A stretch of DNA of 64,000 bases from Phoronis australis (Eukaryota; Animalia; Phoronida). Both the position numbers and the translations under genes were made by a program. Within the stretch, counting starts at the first letter, position 1, and each line of letters opens with the position of its first letter. Positions 1 to 13,500 of this stretch are shown here, piece by piece. The notes under the pieces are model-generated. The model did not search any database. It was not told where the DNA came from and worked only from the letters and a program-made list of their open reading frames with translations. The stretch is taken from contig NMRA01000170.1 in the NCBI GenBank assembly GCA_002633005.1, positions 344,129-408,128 on the forward strand, in the 5' to 3' direction.

Positions 1-99
1 TATTTCATGACATATACATTCAGGAATCTGTGTTCTATGTCATTAAAACCTCCGGTTCTTTGTTCCTACAGTTTTACGGAGAGCAAGTGGATTTTCGAG

Positions 100-510
100 G
101 GATTGGTTGAAGCAATGGTTAATCAGCGGTGACCGCCATTATCGGAGAACCAATCAGCGATTAGATAAAATTATGTCACGTCCCTAATGTAAACAGGCAA
201 AAGCATATCCCCATGAAAAAGTTACTTGTTTCAAAATACAGTGATTAACATCGAGTGAAGCATGCATATATGCTCTTTGAATTGTAATTAACACATACCA
301 TCTTTCCTGAGATAATTAAGTCCGCATAATTTGGACTTATCCATGAAAATCTCAAGGTTCACTCAAGCTTCCCTTGTGGGGTGCCATTTTGAGGAAATTG
401 CGCGAAATCATGTCAATTCACATATAAGAAGTTCACGGGACACAAATTTTACAAGTTCCTCCGGATATCCTCTCATGCTATTTTTTGCAAATGTCAACTG
501 TCAGGTCATG
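100..510 (+). promoter_or_regulatory. Putative IKK promoter or non-coding first exon region
   Basis: ATTGG at 102-106 and CCAAT at 150-154 (NF-Y-like), GTAAACA forkhead-like site at ~189, GCGCGAAA E2F-like site at ~400. The acceptor at 1325 implies an upstream exon. Confidence 0.3.
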
Positions 511-1441
511 TGCTCTGCTCAGTCTCTTGTTGTGGTTTAATTCATGTGATGTCTATTGACCTACATTATGGTTATCACACACCATCAAAAAGTTAACAGC
601 CTCAAAAATTCTTCGCCAAAGTCATCTTAATTCCTGCACACATAATTTATTGAGGATATGTATAGAACCAGAAAGGATCGCAAGTGAAAGTGCCCTTATA
701 AGTGATAACTTTAAGTGTAAAATGTATTTTGACGATCGAGGTGAAAATCATCCATTTAAAGTACTCATGGATGAGATTAGTACAGGGACTGATGGGGAGT
801 GTTATAGCCTCTCGCCAGTCATCTTGGGGCTACGTAATTGAGCTGCATTGAGCTCCGCTTGATCACATATGTGTCAGAGCGAAACTTAAAATACAAGACA
901 ACTTGACAAGTTCGCTCTAATAATCCTGTTCACCTGGATAAAAATGGCACTGCTGTAAAGGAAATCACTAGTTAATCAATTAATTATAAATTTTAACCAA
1001 CTTTTTTGGCTTTTTCAATTATTTATGATCTTATTCAATCATCAAACAATAATTGATTCACCATTCACATATTCCTCCAATCCTGTGACGCAACTTCTGG
1101 TAAAGGAAAAAATAGGTGGTCGTAGAATCAATAATTATAAAAATTTCTTTAAACTGAACAACAAATTTCACCCGATTGCTGTAGTGAAATATAATGCCAT
1201 GTATGATGTTCTAATACATTATCTATCTTGAGATTTATGCACAATTCCAAGTTCAAGCACAACGTAATAACAGAGATCAAACTGTGTGTAATGTAGTTTG
1301 ACAATTTCTCTCTCCACCTCTGTAGACTTCCAGACGGGACCTGTGTTGAGTGGAAAACTTGCCTGCCTTCCACCTGAACATGAAGGAGAAGATATCGTTC
1401 TGAAGTCTTGGTTATACAAGCCTCAGCCACAACGTGAAGGA

Positions 1442-1564
1442 ATGGCCGTCAATGTAGCTCACAATCCTTTTCTTGCTTCTGGGAAGAAAAAGGCTGGTGA
1501 CTGGGTGAACCAAAAAGTTATAGGAACTGGAGGATTTGGTTCTGTGACTTTATGGAAAAATGAG
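1442..1564 (+). CDS. IKK: IKK coding exon 1 (Gly-rich loop)
   Basis: [10 protein letters not shown]...[16 protein letters not shown] followed by GTATGG donor; pyrimidine tract plus AG acceptor ending at 1325 upstream. Confidence 0.88.
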
Positions 1565-4500
1565 GTATGGTATGATGTGTTGTGTTGGCGGTGTTGAGTC
1601 ATTGTTTGACATGGGTTATTACAAGGTCTTCATGATAGAAACTGTTGTACCGTATTTGCCCTAATAAGCGCCCATGCCCCTATAAGCGCCCCCACAGGTT
1701 TTCAGACTTCGCTAAAACAAGCGCCCAGTCCATGACCGCTGTGTACATGCGAAAATTGCCTTACCAACAGTTCTAAAATTCTTCGATAAGGTGTTCAATT
1801 TATCAATAAGATCCGACAGTCCTGAAAAAATCATTGTGCGCAGAATTTGTAGACCACGAGCCTCGCCGCTATGTCGGTATTTAGCCGTGACTATACATTT
1901 CAAACTTCCGCCATGCTTCAAAAAGAATGCAAGCGCGAATCGAAGACTAATAAAAACTTGGCCTTTGATCAGTTAAAAGCACATGGCCAGGAAGCGCGCT
2001 CTACATTCAAGTACATGTCATCAAAGATTAGTCTTCGGGAACTATCTATTCATGAAACGAGTAGCATAGCATCGGCAAGAAGTAAATACTGGCACTTATT
2101 TCCGAAAGTTTCTAATACCGTAAAAAACGTTTGTGTTATTTTTAAGGGGAAATTATTAAATGAGTCGTAATTGGTGTTTTTAAAGTCAAAATGACCGACT
2201 ATAGTGAACACTTTAGCACCCTTACACCCCCCCCGAATCTCCTGAAAAATAACTGTTAGACTGTCACACATCCAGTCACCTGGTGACTCAATGACATTGG
2301 CCTTACCGAGACAATTCAGTCTTGAACGTTTATTAGCAGATGAGATCACCAAGTGCCAAATAAAACACGTTCTAAATAAAACACGTTCTGCTTTACTGCT
2401 TGTTTTAATTTCCTTAGTTACAATGAACACCTAGATCGTTAATCGCGTTTACTCTGGCAAATGAACTCTGATTACACGCACGTGCTCGCTCACTCACAAT
2501 TACACAAATGAACTTCAAAACAAACATCACATGCCAACCACATGTGATTGTCCAGAGATTTTTCTCGTGTTGCGGAGTACGATCTAGCACAGATTTGGAC
2601 TTAATAAGCAGTTAATCCCGACTCCACAAGAAGTTAGGGACACTATTTAGAAAACTTAAGGAAGACTTCACGTAATTTGTTGAATCGAAACCATATTTTT
2701 ACTCAAGAATTCAAGTTGACCTATCGGCGACCGCGAGGCAGTGACTGTTTCATAAAGAAATATTGAGGACTTAAGATAGAATTGGTCTTCCACTCCACTC
2801 AACTCGTTTTGAAGAATAATTTATAAAATCTCAGGAGAAGTGCACAGTGTCTGAGAATTTACACACAACATCTAGTTGCTGAGATAATTTCTATAAATTA
2901 TTTATAGACTATGATGCACTCATAATTTCTTGGCTCAACCTCTATTCAGTAATTGTGATGTCTGAGCATAAATTTCTATCTTACGTCTTAAGTCACTTTC
3001 AAGAAACGTACCGCTGGTTCGGAAGATTGAAAATGGATAAACTAGAGACAGATACTGAAGTCAATGGAAGTAATTCTTAACAAGTGCTGGAAAAAAATTC
3101 AAATGATAACAGGCAAATTAAATTTAAAACAACTGTCATAATTTATGCCATATCTTCACCTTGACCTTCACTGCATCATTCAATCAGACACTGCACTATT
3201 TGTTGGAAGAAATCACTAGTGTTAAGAAACTTCAAACCCACGAAAACCGAATGTCTGTCATTTGATTACTAATAATACGGACTGTCAAACTGATAGCATT
3301 GATGAAACAACATATTTATTCTTTCTTTATATTTAAACTTCTCACGGTCAAGTATCAAATCCTGGAGATTCTCAAAAAGCCAATATTCCTTTTTTACTTT
3401 TTCTCACCGAAATTGAAAGTACTGAAGATGGCTCAGATTCCGCCGAGAAGCTTCTATGAATGAATGCTGTCATCAAACTTGTATGATCTTGCGCATTCTG
3501 ACGTACTGTCCATTCACCAGACAGTTAAAAATTATTCAATTAGGGACAAAAATGGTTGATAACATTGCCATTTTTTGATTTTACTTAAAACAAAGTTACA
3601 GCTGATGAAAAATTCACCAACTGGTGACAGTTTTGCCATACAGACCTTGTTTTCTAAAAAAAAAACATTTTGGTTGAGAGACTTTAATGACAAATTTCTA
3701 CTTTCCTGTTATATTGTTTCTCAAACTGAAGAATTTTGCCATATGTGGTCCCCCTTTCTACATTGTTCTAGTTGTAATCTAAGACTTCTTTTGAAGGGTA
3801 CTGTCAGTTTATTAAAGTAATCATACTAACATGTTGAGTTTTTAAAAATATTTCCAGGTGATCAGTGCAATGGGCCCACTTGCGAGGTCTGCCTGCGCAC
3901 CTCTGGTACAAAGTATATCAGACTGCCTGCAATTATTTTTTTAAAACATGTTGAGTTATTTTGCTCTCATTTATTTTTATTTAAACTATTGGGTTTTCGG
4001 CAACTTATCCCCCAAACTGTCGGTGAGTTGTTGGAGCTTTCATTTGTATTCTCGACTTCAGGTCACAGATCAAACACTGGCCGTGAAGAAATGCAAGGTT
4101 CAGTCAGAAATGACAGAAAAACACAAGTCACGGTGGCGACTTGAGGTGCAGATTATGATGCAGAAGATCAACCACCCAAATGTGGTGACAGCACAGCAGA
4201 TTCCAGATTGTATTTTAGATGTGTTTCAAGAGGAGCTCCCCCTATTGGGAATGGAATTCTGTTCCGGCGGTGACTTGAGGAAGGTGAGTTAGTCTCGCAT
4301 TCTGAGTAACCAGTGACACCGTCATTGATGATGGTTATAATGTCCTACTTTAGTTATCTTCAGCTTGAGTAACAGACTTGATTCAGCTTCTTGTTTGCGG
4401 AACAGCAAATTTGGGAACGACACAACCATGATGCACTGAGCATACCTTCAGATTCAATAACATCCGTTAAAAAAGTAACAACGGTGTAATTAAAATTAAT

Positions 4501-7500
4501 GGTAAAGTCATGTATGTGTGGACATACAATAGAAATTACTTGTTAAAAATATGCAAACTCACTGACTCTGAGACAGGGTGGTCAAACATTTGACCACCTA
4601 GTATGTTACACGCTGTCTCCAAGTAATTTAGTTTGCATACTTTTAACATGACATCAGGAGACGATGAATAATCGATTTTATCAGAAATTACTTAGCATCC
4701 ATGAAACTCTATGGATCCATTTCTTTTCATCTGCTTTGTTTTCCTCAGATATTGCAGCGGAAAGAAAACTGTTGCGGTCTGTCCGAATATATGGTGCGTA
4801 GTATTACACAAGACGTCACATTGGGTATGGAGTATTTACATTCTAAAAGGATCATTCACCGAGATATCAAACCTGAGAATGTTGTCGTTCAGTTAGAAGA
4901 TGGAAAGGTAAGAGTTGACTCTCAGAGGACATGGATGCAATTTCAATGGGCTGACATGTCGGATATCTGTTCTGCCCTGGGGGTGGTGAAATGCACCCCT
5001 CCCTATGATAAATTTTGTGCATTTGGCAAAAAATGATCCTAGCATAGGTCATGAGCTGCAATCATAACCGTTATGAAGTGACACATTGACCTCTACTAAC
5101 TAATCAAGGCATTGTGAGAATTCCTTGGTGTGGTGACTATTAGGCCATTTTGTCTGTTGTATGCAGTATCATATTGTATGTGATCTAATGTTACATTAAA
5201 TATTGTTGGTTTTTTCATAATACTTGGTGCTACAATAGTATTACATTTGTTAGTAGGTCAGCTGTCACCACATCCTACGTGGCGATACATTTTTGATTAA
5301 TTAGGTCTCCTGTTTCTGAAAGTACTGGCTGATCTACTTTTGGTATTAATTAGATGTTTTCCAATATGTACTGCATGGGGGTGTAATCGTAAAAACATTT
5401 GTTGGACATAAAATCGAGAATACAAGAACATTTGGGAGTGCATGCTTTGCCGTCTTGAATGAATATGATAATTGCATACGTGTCATATTGACATAAAAGA
5501 ATTATTTCCGCTGATACACGCAAGTGATTGTTTCTTTAGCTCATGTGTTTGTTTTCTTTGTTTTAAACGTTGCAAGGTGTTACTGAAACTTGATACTCCC
5601 TTGTAGACAGTGTACAAGTTGATCGACTTGGGATACGCTAAAGACTTGAGTGAAGGCAGCATTTGCTCTTCATTTGTAGGCACCTTCCAGTACCTCGTAA
5701 GTATTATGTTAGTGCACTTCTGGCTTCTGTTTTAGGAGAAGTGGTTTAAGACTTAAGTTAGAAATTCGATCTTGTGCACCACGCATTGAACTATTTCTGA
5801 AAACTACTTTTCACTTGTGCCAAAGTCTCTGAGATGGCACTTTCTTCTTGCTTTCTCTTCTTTACACTTCACATTCGAAGTCGAGTATTCTGAAGTGGTT
5901 CTCATTCATTCCCTTGCATACATTCATTCACTCACTAGTAAGACCGAGCTCGGAGCAGTATGAGACACTTTTGGGCAATGCTCAGTTGTCTGCCAGTGTA
6001 GCCAGGATTCGAACCCATGTCTCCCAAACAGGATTCCGGAGCTCAAACCTCTTGGCCACACTGTCTCCTCTGTGCGCATAACTGCTACTTACCGCTGCTA
6101 GAGTGCGATGCACTCATAGTTACAAGGCTAATCCTTTTTAGCTATTGTTAAGCGGAGCAGAAGTCCAAGTTTCTGTACTAAGTCGCTTTCATGAAGCAGA
6201 CCCCTGGGCTCTGTTTCATGAGAAATTACTTAACATTAAAAGGGAAATTTCACGCCTGTTGGGTTGTCAATGTTAAATTCTTCATCCGGAGTTTAAAAAC
6301 ATTCATTACCATGTTCATCCATTCTTGAACTGTTGAATGAAGCAGTAAATCAAATAAAATGCAGTGCCCTCATGCATCGTTTTCGAATTCGCAATTTCAG
6401 GGTTACATAATCTCAATAAACTCCGAAGCCTGTTCTGGAGTTGCTGTTGGTTTCAATCTTTTATGTGGAACCACAAATAGAATGCTAGTGTGGTAAGGAA
6501 TATTATGAGACAGATTTTATGAGAGTAAAAGATCCGACTTGATTTTTCTTCTTTAGCCAAAATACACGTCTATGTTAGAAATTTAGTCAATCTCGTCGGC
6601 TTCCCTTATACGCAATTTTAAAAGTTTCTTTTGCGTAATGTCTAGCACCTCAATGTTTTGTAATCTATGCAAATTGTCTTATTTACTAGTAGTTGTGAAC
6701 TTCGAACTTTGCTGAAGTGAGATTAAATTAGTGTTACGCTGGACATAGGAAATTTTATTTTACATTTTTATGCGCCCACATATTTATATGTGGACGCATT
6801 ATGCCGTCATCTCCGTCCGGCGTCCGCTGCTCTATCTCCAAAACCCTTTGACATATGTTCATGAAATTTTGCACATATGTTCCTTGTGTGGATGGGACGG
6901 CATAAGCGAACTTTCGGACATATCCAACAACCGGTGTGCCCCCTAGTGGCAATTATAGTTTTTTACGCTTAACCTCTATATCTCCAAAGGTCCTCGACGT
7001 ATTTTCATAAAATTTGGTATATACTTTAGGCATCTATTTGTGAGGTGATGTTATCTTCCCGTTCTCGGATGGATTTGTTGTTTTGTGCCACCTAGTGGCC
7101 ATTTTTACTGTTTTTTAGTCTGTTTTTTGACGTCCACCCCTCTATCAGCCAAACCGCTCTAAGGATGATTGTGAAAATTGGTATGTATGTTCTCAGTGTG
7201 TAGAGGACGGTTGACGATAACGAATTCGACTACTGTGGCGCCTCCTACTGGTAGTTTTGTTTTGTTTTGCGTCCATAGCTGCATCTCCTAAACACACTGC
7301 AAGATCTTTATTAAATTTAGTAATTGTATTTATACGAAGCTAACAAGAGACGATGACGTCTTTCAGGCGGATCCAATGAACGCTGTGCCCCATAGTGACT
7401 AGTTTGTTTTTCCGTTTTCCTTTGTTTTTCTGAAGTTCTTTGACAGATTTTTATGAAATTTGGTAAATAGCTTGCTATTAAGGGGGCGATGGCATGTACT

Positions 7501-10500
7501 CGTTTTCAGATGGATTGGACGTTTTTGTGGCATCTAGTGGCTATTTTTTGAAACAAATAAACAACCCTAGAAGCGCATCGTTTACGGTGCATTCGTGGGC
7601 ATATTTCAACACTCCGCGTTGCTCTTGTTATAATAAAAAGTAAGCAACACCAAGTTAATGGCTGAGTACCATAGTCACCAATCTTTTGAGAAATTGTAGG
7701 CGTTCACAACTATGTTGGAGCGTTTGAAATTTAAAGAATACCATGATATTATTTGCAAATCATTTTTGTCTAAAACTTTTTGTGATTTTACCTGCGGTGT
7801 AAAATAATCAGACATACAACCCAAAAGGGTTGCAAGTTCTTAATTAGTGAAGCAGACCCCTGTCCACTGGTGTTTTCTAGGTGAGCCTGTAAGTCCTTGA
7901 CCTTTAAGAATCTGTTGTAAATTTAATGTTAAACATGGTTTTGTGCAAACGAGTTCTTGTTCCTGTGGAAAGGAATACCTATGACCGTAAATAACCTACT
8001 TGTTATAATTACTTTTATTAGATCTCTATTTAAGTTACGTCCTGTAGACAGCATGGTGTTGAATATATGTATATGTAACTATTTTTATAGGCTCCAGAGT
8101 TGATGGCAAAAGAAAAATATACAAGTTCCGTCGACTATTGGTCGCTGGGTATCATTGTGTTTGAGTGCATTACAGGGTTCAGGCCTTTCTTCCATAACTT
8201 GCAACCAGTCAAAACGTGAGTAATATTCATTGTCTGTGGTGTCCGTCCAGTGACTCATGGCCAGCATTGGAACTGCCAATTCTAAAAAATGACTGCTTGG
8301 AAGGCACAGCCAAGAGAGAACACACGTCCTGTTTCAAGACAACTTTAGCGAAAACTGTGATTAAACGAAGAGTTTCAACATATTTTCTGATTGGTAAATT
8401 ATATTGAAACCTCCAATTAGTTGTTTTAGACGTAAAGCGAGATAACAGATTACTACCATCTATTTTTATCGTAAATGGGACAGTGACGATGAGCAGAAGC
8501 TGGCAGCCATGTTTTTCAGGTGAATACCTCCCTGTTCTGTAACAACAGGGTGACCTCATTTGGAATCCTCGCATATTTGAGTGTCAATCTTGTGAACTTG
8601 GACCCCACTTTTCAAATCGTAGATGAGATTATGATAATGTCTATCATAGTTATGAATAATCATCAGCCGTGTTACCTTCAGCTGTAATAGAGCCTGCATG
8701 TTCAGCCTATTGGCATTGTTCTCGTGTGATCTTTGTTTTGCTACATCACGTTGTCTAAGAGATGGATTGGATGAGATTGACACTTTCCCTGTGTCTCAGA
8801 ATGGTTGCACATTTTGATATTTTAAAGTTTTTTAGATTTATTTTGACATAAATAAGTATTTCGTGTGCAAGTTTTCTGATAGACGTGTATTGTTAAGCGC
8901 GACATTCCATTTGCAGTTAACAGCCTTATTTGAAGGTTTGTTCGACTGGATGCTGTCATGGTGCTCCAAATACAAAGCCTGCCCGTCGTGTTTAACAAAA
9001 CATGACCAGGCGAAGTATAATTTACAGTAGGTCACATTTTGTGGTTCGAAATCTAATCCACATTATATCTCTTTACATTTTGGTACTGGTGTTCCTACAT
9101 GGTTGTAATTATCTAATCAACATTTTCATATTTTTATGTCCAGGCATAACTTGGTGATTCGCAAGGCAGATGAAAGTATTTGGGCTATTATGGATGCAAC
9201 AGAAACACCCGACTTTAAAAAGAAACTTCCCCAGCAGACTCAGTTATGTAGGTTAGTATAATGCGCAATATGTCTGGAAGGCTCCTTGGTACACAACGCT
9301 TACATAATTCAGGCCGTAAATATTTTACAGTAAGTTGTAAGTTTAGTGACAAAAAGGTTTTCTTTGTGTCAAAAATGTTCACAATGTTAAGTTTATGATA
9401 AGAAATTATTTTTTCAAATAGTTCTGTAAGTTTTAAATAATGGGGGAGATCTTTATTTGAGCAACCCTGGTCATCCTTACAGTTGCAATTATTGCAGCGT
9501 AACTTGTCATGGTTTACAATGAGTGACCTTGATTTTTCAGGACGTCACGGGCCTATTTTGAACAGTTCTTACGACTAGTTCTTCAGATAGACGCTAAGAA
9601 GAGAGGTGGTGGATTTGGGGAGAATAAAAGGCCAAGATGCTTCACACTTCTTGACAACATTCTTAATATGAAGGTAATAGAGGATAGCTGTGAGATCACA
9701 TTGATAGTAGACTATTTGACTGTGACCGTTTGGTTGACTTCTTTTTCGTCTTGGGTTACAGTGCCTTCGTAGAGGCCACATCTTGGATGGCCACCAAAAC
9801 AAATGGCTTCCAGCATTCTTATTAATGCCCGTTTACTTTCTGTGTTTGATACAAATGTTACTCAACTTGTCCTTACAACCATTTAATAGAATTTTAAAGA
9901 TTATTCTTTCAGTTACAGAGTTCGAGAACAATTTCCTTCTTGTTTTTACCAATGTTCAAATTTAAGTTGTCTCCACTGGTAAGATTTTGGAATAATTTCC
10001 AAACCAATAATTTTTTTCCACGGAATAGACAAAATAGTTGTTCACCAAGTATAAAACACCAATTAAGAGTTTCACATAATCATGTGCTAAGTAGGACCCT
10101 CTGTTCACCAGATTGTTATCGTATAGGAGTATCGGAAAGATAAGTGTCTTCCCATGTGACTATACAAATGCCTGTTCACATGTCTAAGTCTTGTGGACTG
10201 TTACATCACTAGTGCCACCTGGTGATTTTCAGATTGCTAATGGGGACACTTCTGTTTCAGCTGATACATATTCTAGACGTGTCCGCTAATCAGATCTACT
10301 CGTATCCCGCGCCAGAGAGTCATTCCTTGGAGGAAGTACAAGTGGCACTTGAAATGGAAGTCAAGATGCCACTGGCCAACCAAGAGTTACTGCTGCCAAC
10401 AGGGTGTTCTCCAGACTCAAAACAGAGCGTCACTCAGTGTGGGGATGCGGAGGTGAGCCTTTCCTGTCAGAGCAAATACTCGTGAATTGGGGAAGTCTCA

Positions 10501-13500
10501 TGCTCTGTAACTACCCACATGTTGACATCGCTTTGGTGAAAGGGAATTGGTGTATTGTAATGTAATAAATTACAATGAATTCAAAATGCCATTCCCTCCC
10601 TGCTGACTACCTAAACAATGAACAAGATGATGAAATTGGTCAAAAAGCTTTGTAGCATTTTTTTTTCTGCCGATTAACGGAATTGAAACGTTTTCTGTCC
10701 ATTGATCAAGCAAAGTTTGAAAGAGTTGACCATCATGCCAAAATAAATCATGGCTTTTTGACACTTCGTTTGTTGATGCTGTGGATAATCTCTTTGAAAT
10801 AAAAATATTTTTCTACCATCGCATGCAGAGGTTTGAGACGTATACTTTGTGGCTGAGTGACATAGCTCAGAATTGCATTTTACTGTTTCTGAATTGGAAG
10901 GAAGTGCCCCTTTAATTCCACCTTACTTACTAGGGTGAAGAGGAGAACATTGTGTTCTTGTTCCGCCGTGGCCAGACAAAGTTTGTAAAGAATGAACGCA
11001 AGCGAGTCAGCCTGCCACCTGGTGTCATGGAAATGGTTGATGACCATAAGGTTCTTATGGAGTATTCGGTAAGTGCGGGAGGAGAATGCCATTCTATGTC
11101 GAGTACCACGTTGGAGGCTATGATGCCGGTACCAAGAAGGATCCTCTTTTGATCAACTTCTTAGATTGAGATCAGAAATCTATTCAGCAACACGTGCAAC
11201 AATTGAATGAACTAGCAGCTAGATCAATCAATTGCACTCACCCTGGTGCGAGCTGTCAGCTCAGCTGTCATGTACTTGAGGCAGACAGCTCAGCTGATAG
11301 CTCTCTGTCTGCGGTGTCCCTTACTGAATGCGTGTATTTTTCAGTCAGTTACATTTATTCACTAGTGCCACCTAGTGAATGGGTGACATCATCTTTGATG
11401 ATCTCAAACTGTTAGTTTTTCAAAGCTCAGAAATCCTGTCCCATCTTAAGAACAAGTTGAGATTAGTTTCTGTGCCGGAAATATCATTTTGTAGCAGCTT
11501 TTGTTGGTCAAATGATTGCGTACATTAAATACGAAATAGTTAACATGTATGGTATACCATAGTAATATAAATGTGTATGAAATATCACACCCTCTTTTTT
11601 TCTTGTGGTCGAAATTTTCGTAATGATGGAAAAATAAAGTATTGTATGATGAGAGAATATTAATGTGAGGTGGTTTTGTTTTGATGTAGAAACAGAAACA
11701 AACCTGGGCCCATGCAATATTCTTCTGCCGGGAACAAGCAAAAGAGTACAAGCGACTTTTACAGGCACAAAGAGCACTAATGTGAGTTGGGATTTTAATT
11801 TATTGATTATCATTGGCATAGGCAGAAATATTCAACATGGGGAGGCAAACGCAAAATTATTGGCAACTGTGGCTTTGAGGCTGCTGGAAGAAGTGACATC
11901 TTGGTGGTACTTTACATTGAGTGGGGGGTGGGACAAATGACCTTGGGGAGGGTTTTCTGCAATGAACGGGGGCCATGGCCCCATTGTGTCCCCTCCCCCA
12001 TGGCTATGCCAGTAGTAATGGGCAAATAAACATGGAAAGGCTAGGGCGAAATCAGTGGGAGTCAGGCAAACTTTATCATACGTTATCCTGGTATTATGTG
12101 GCAATGAAATGGAATTTTTGTCACAATAGGCAGATTATACAATCTGAGTATTATTTATAATCAGCCTCAGATATTGTACTTTTGGTCAGATTTGTCACAT
12201 GGATGAAGTCCACACAACATAGTTGAACGTAAAAAGATTTTGCGACTTTAAAGTATTAAATTAATTCTTTTTTAATTAAAATTGAAATTGATATTTAGGC
12301 ACTTTTTCTCATGCCAAAAGTTCGCAATGTTGATAGTTCATTTCACGAACAATTATAGTTCTGGACTAGTATAATAATAATAATGATGATAATTATAATG
12401 ATAATAATATCATTTATTGTACATCGTAGGCTTTGCCTGCTATTGTGTAGTATGTATAGATTGAGTGTTAATTATTCAATACACCCCCGTCATCTGAGGT
12501 ATGAAATAATATTTCTTTGGCAACATACATATTGGATCATTACTGGGCAAGGATGTTATTCCATGTGTCTAGACCCCTTGTAAGGTCAAGATAAGTGAGG
12601 TTTAAATAGAAGAAATAGTGTCAGGGATCGTTCAGTGAAGCTATTTATCCATCATCTTGACTAATTAACTTTACAAAACCCAAAAATAACAATTATTGGA
12701 ATATTCAATGTTAATGTGCCCATATATTGATGATGTAATTGCTGAAGTGTTTATGTTATGAAATGTTGTATTTCAGGTTAAATCTACTTCGAAACAATTC
12801 GAAACTCTCAAAGTTAAAAAGTTCAATGCTGACCAACTTAAACAGCTTACGAGCAAAGACAGAGTTCTCAAGGGACAGGTATTATGTATTCCATAATCTT
12901 GTGTATTTCAAACATGTACTCTAAGGCTGAACGCGGCAAAAATTATGAGTTGAGAAGTTGCAAGACAAATTTCTTTTGGCTAAGGCGACAACTGATTTGC
13001 AACCAGTTCAGCACTGCTCTGTGACTCGTCTTATGGCACCCTTGCCAGACTCTCAAGCAGGTACCTGTGTGCCATTTCCATCTAGAACAGTGCTAATATT
13101 TCCTACATTTATTCCTGCATTGATTTTCTAGGAATACCTTTCCAGAATAACAGAATCCGCAGTTTATCCAAACTGGCTAGAATGTATTACAATATTTCTC
13201 CTAGGTGCTGCTGTTTGCTTATTCAGTGAAAATGTTATTGCTTTTGTAGCAATGGATCTAGAGATCCCGATTTTCTAATTTCAAAACTGAGAAGCACGTT
13301 TTAGCTAACCTAAATATGGTTCATTTCTTTCCATCTGTTTGATTAAATTCAATAATTACTTGTCTAAAACTTTATTTAAAAACTCTGAAGTGGGCCAAAT
13401 TTCTGTCATGAGTTTTAAAAGGACAACAATTCTGATTTTGGCTTATTAACAGATCTTAAAAACAACGCCGATGATGGGTTACCAGTTGGCAGAACGCTGA

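Noticed and set aside
6242-6252. GGGAAATTTC kappaB-like site suggesting NF-kB autoregulation of IKK
   Set aside because: A single short match inside a probable MITE, expected by chance.
8210-9146. Thr in place of the Trp of vertebrate IKK QPVQWH at the exon 5/6 junction
   Set aside because: A single substitution with the frame and all catalytic motifs intact; not enough to suggest altered function.
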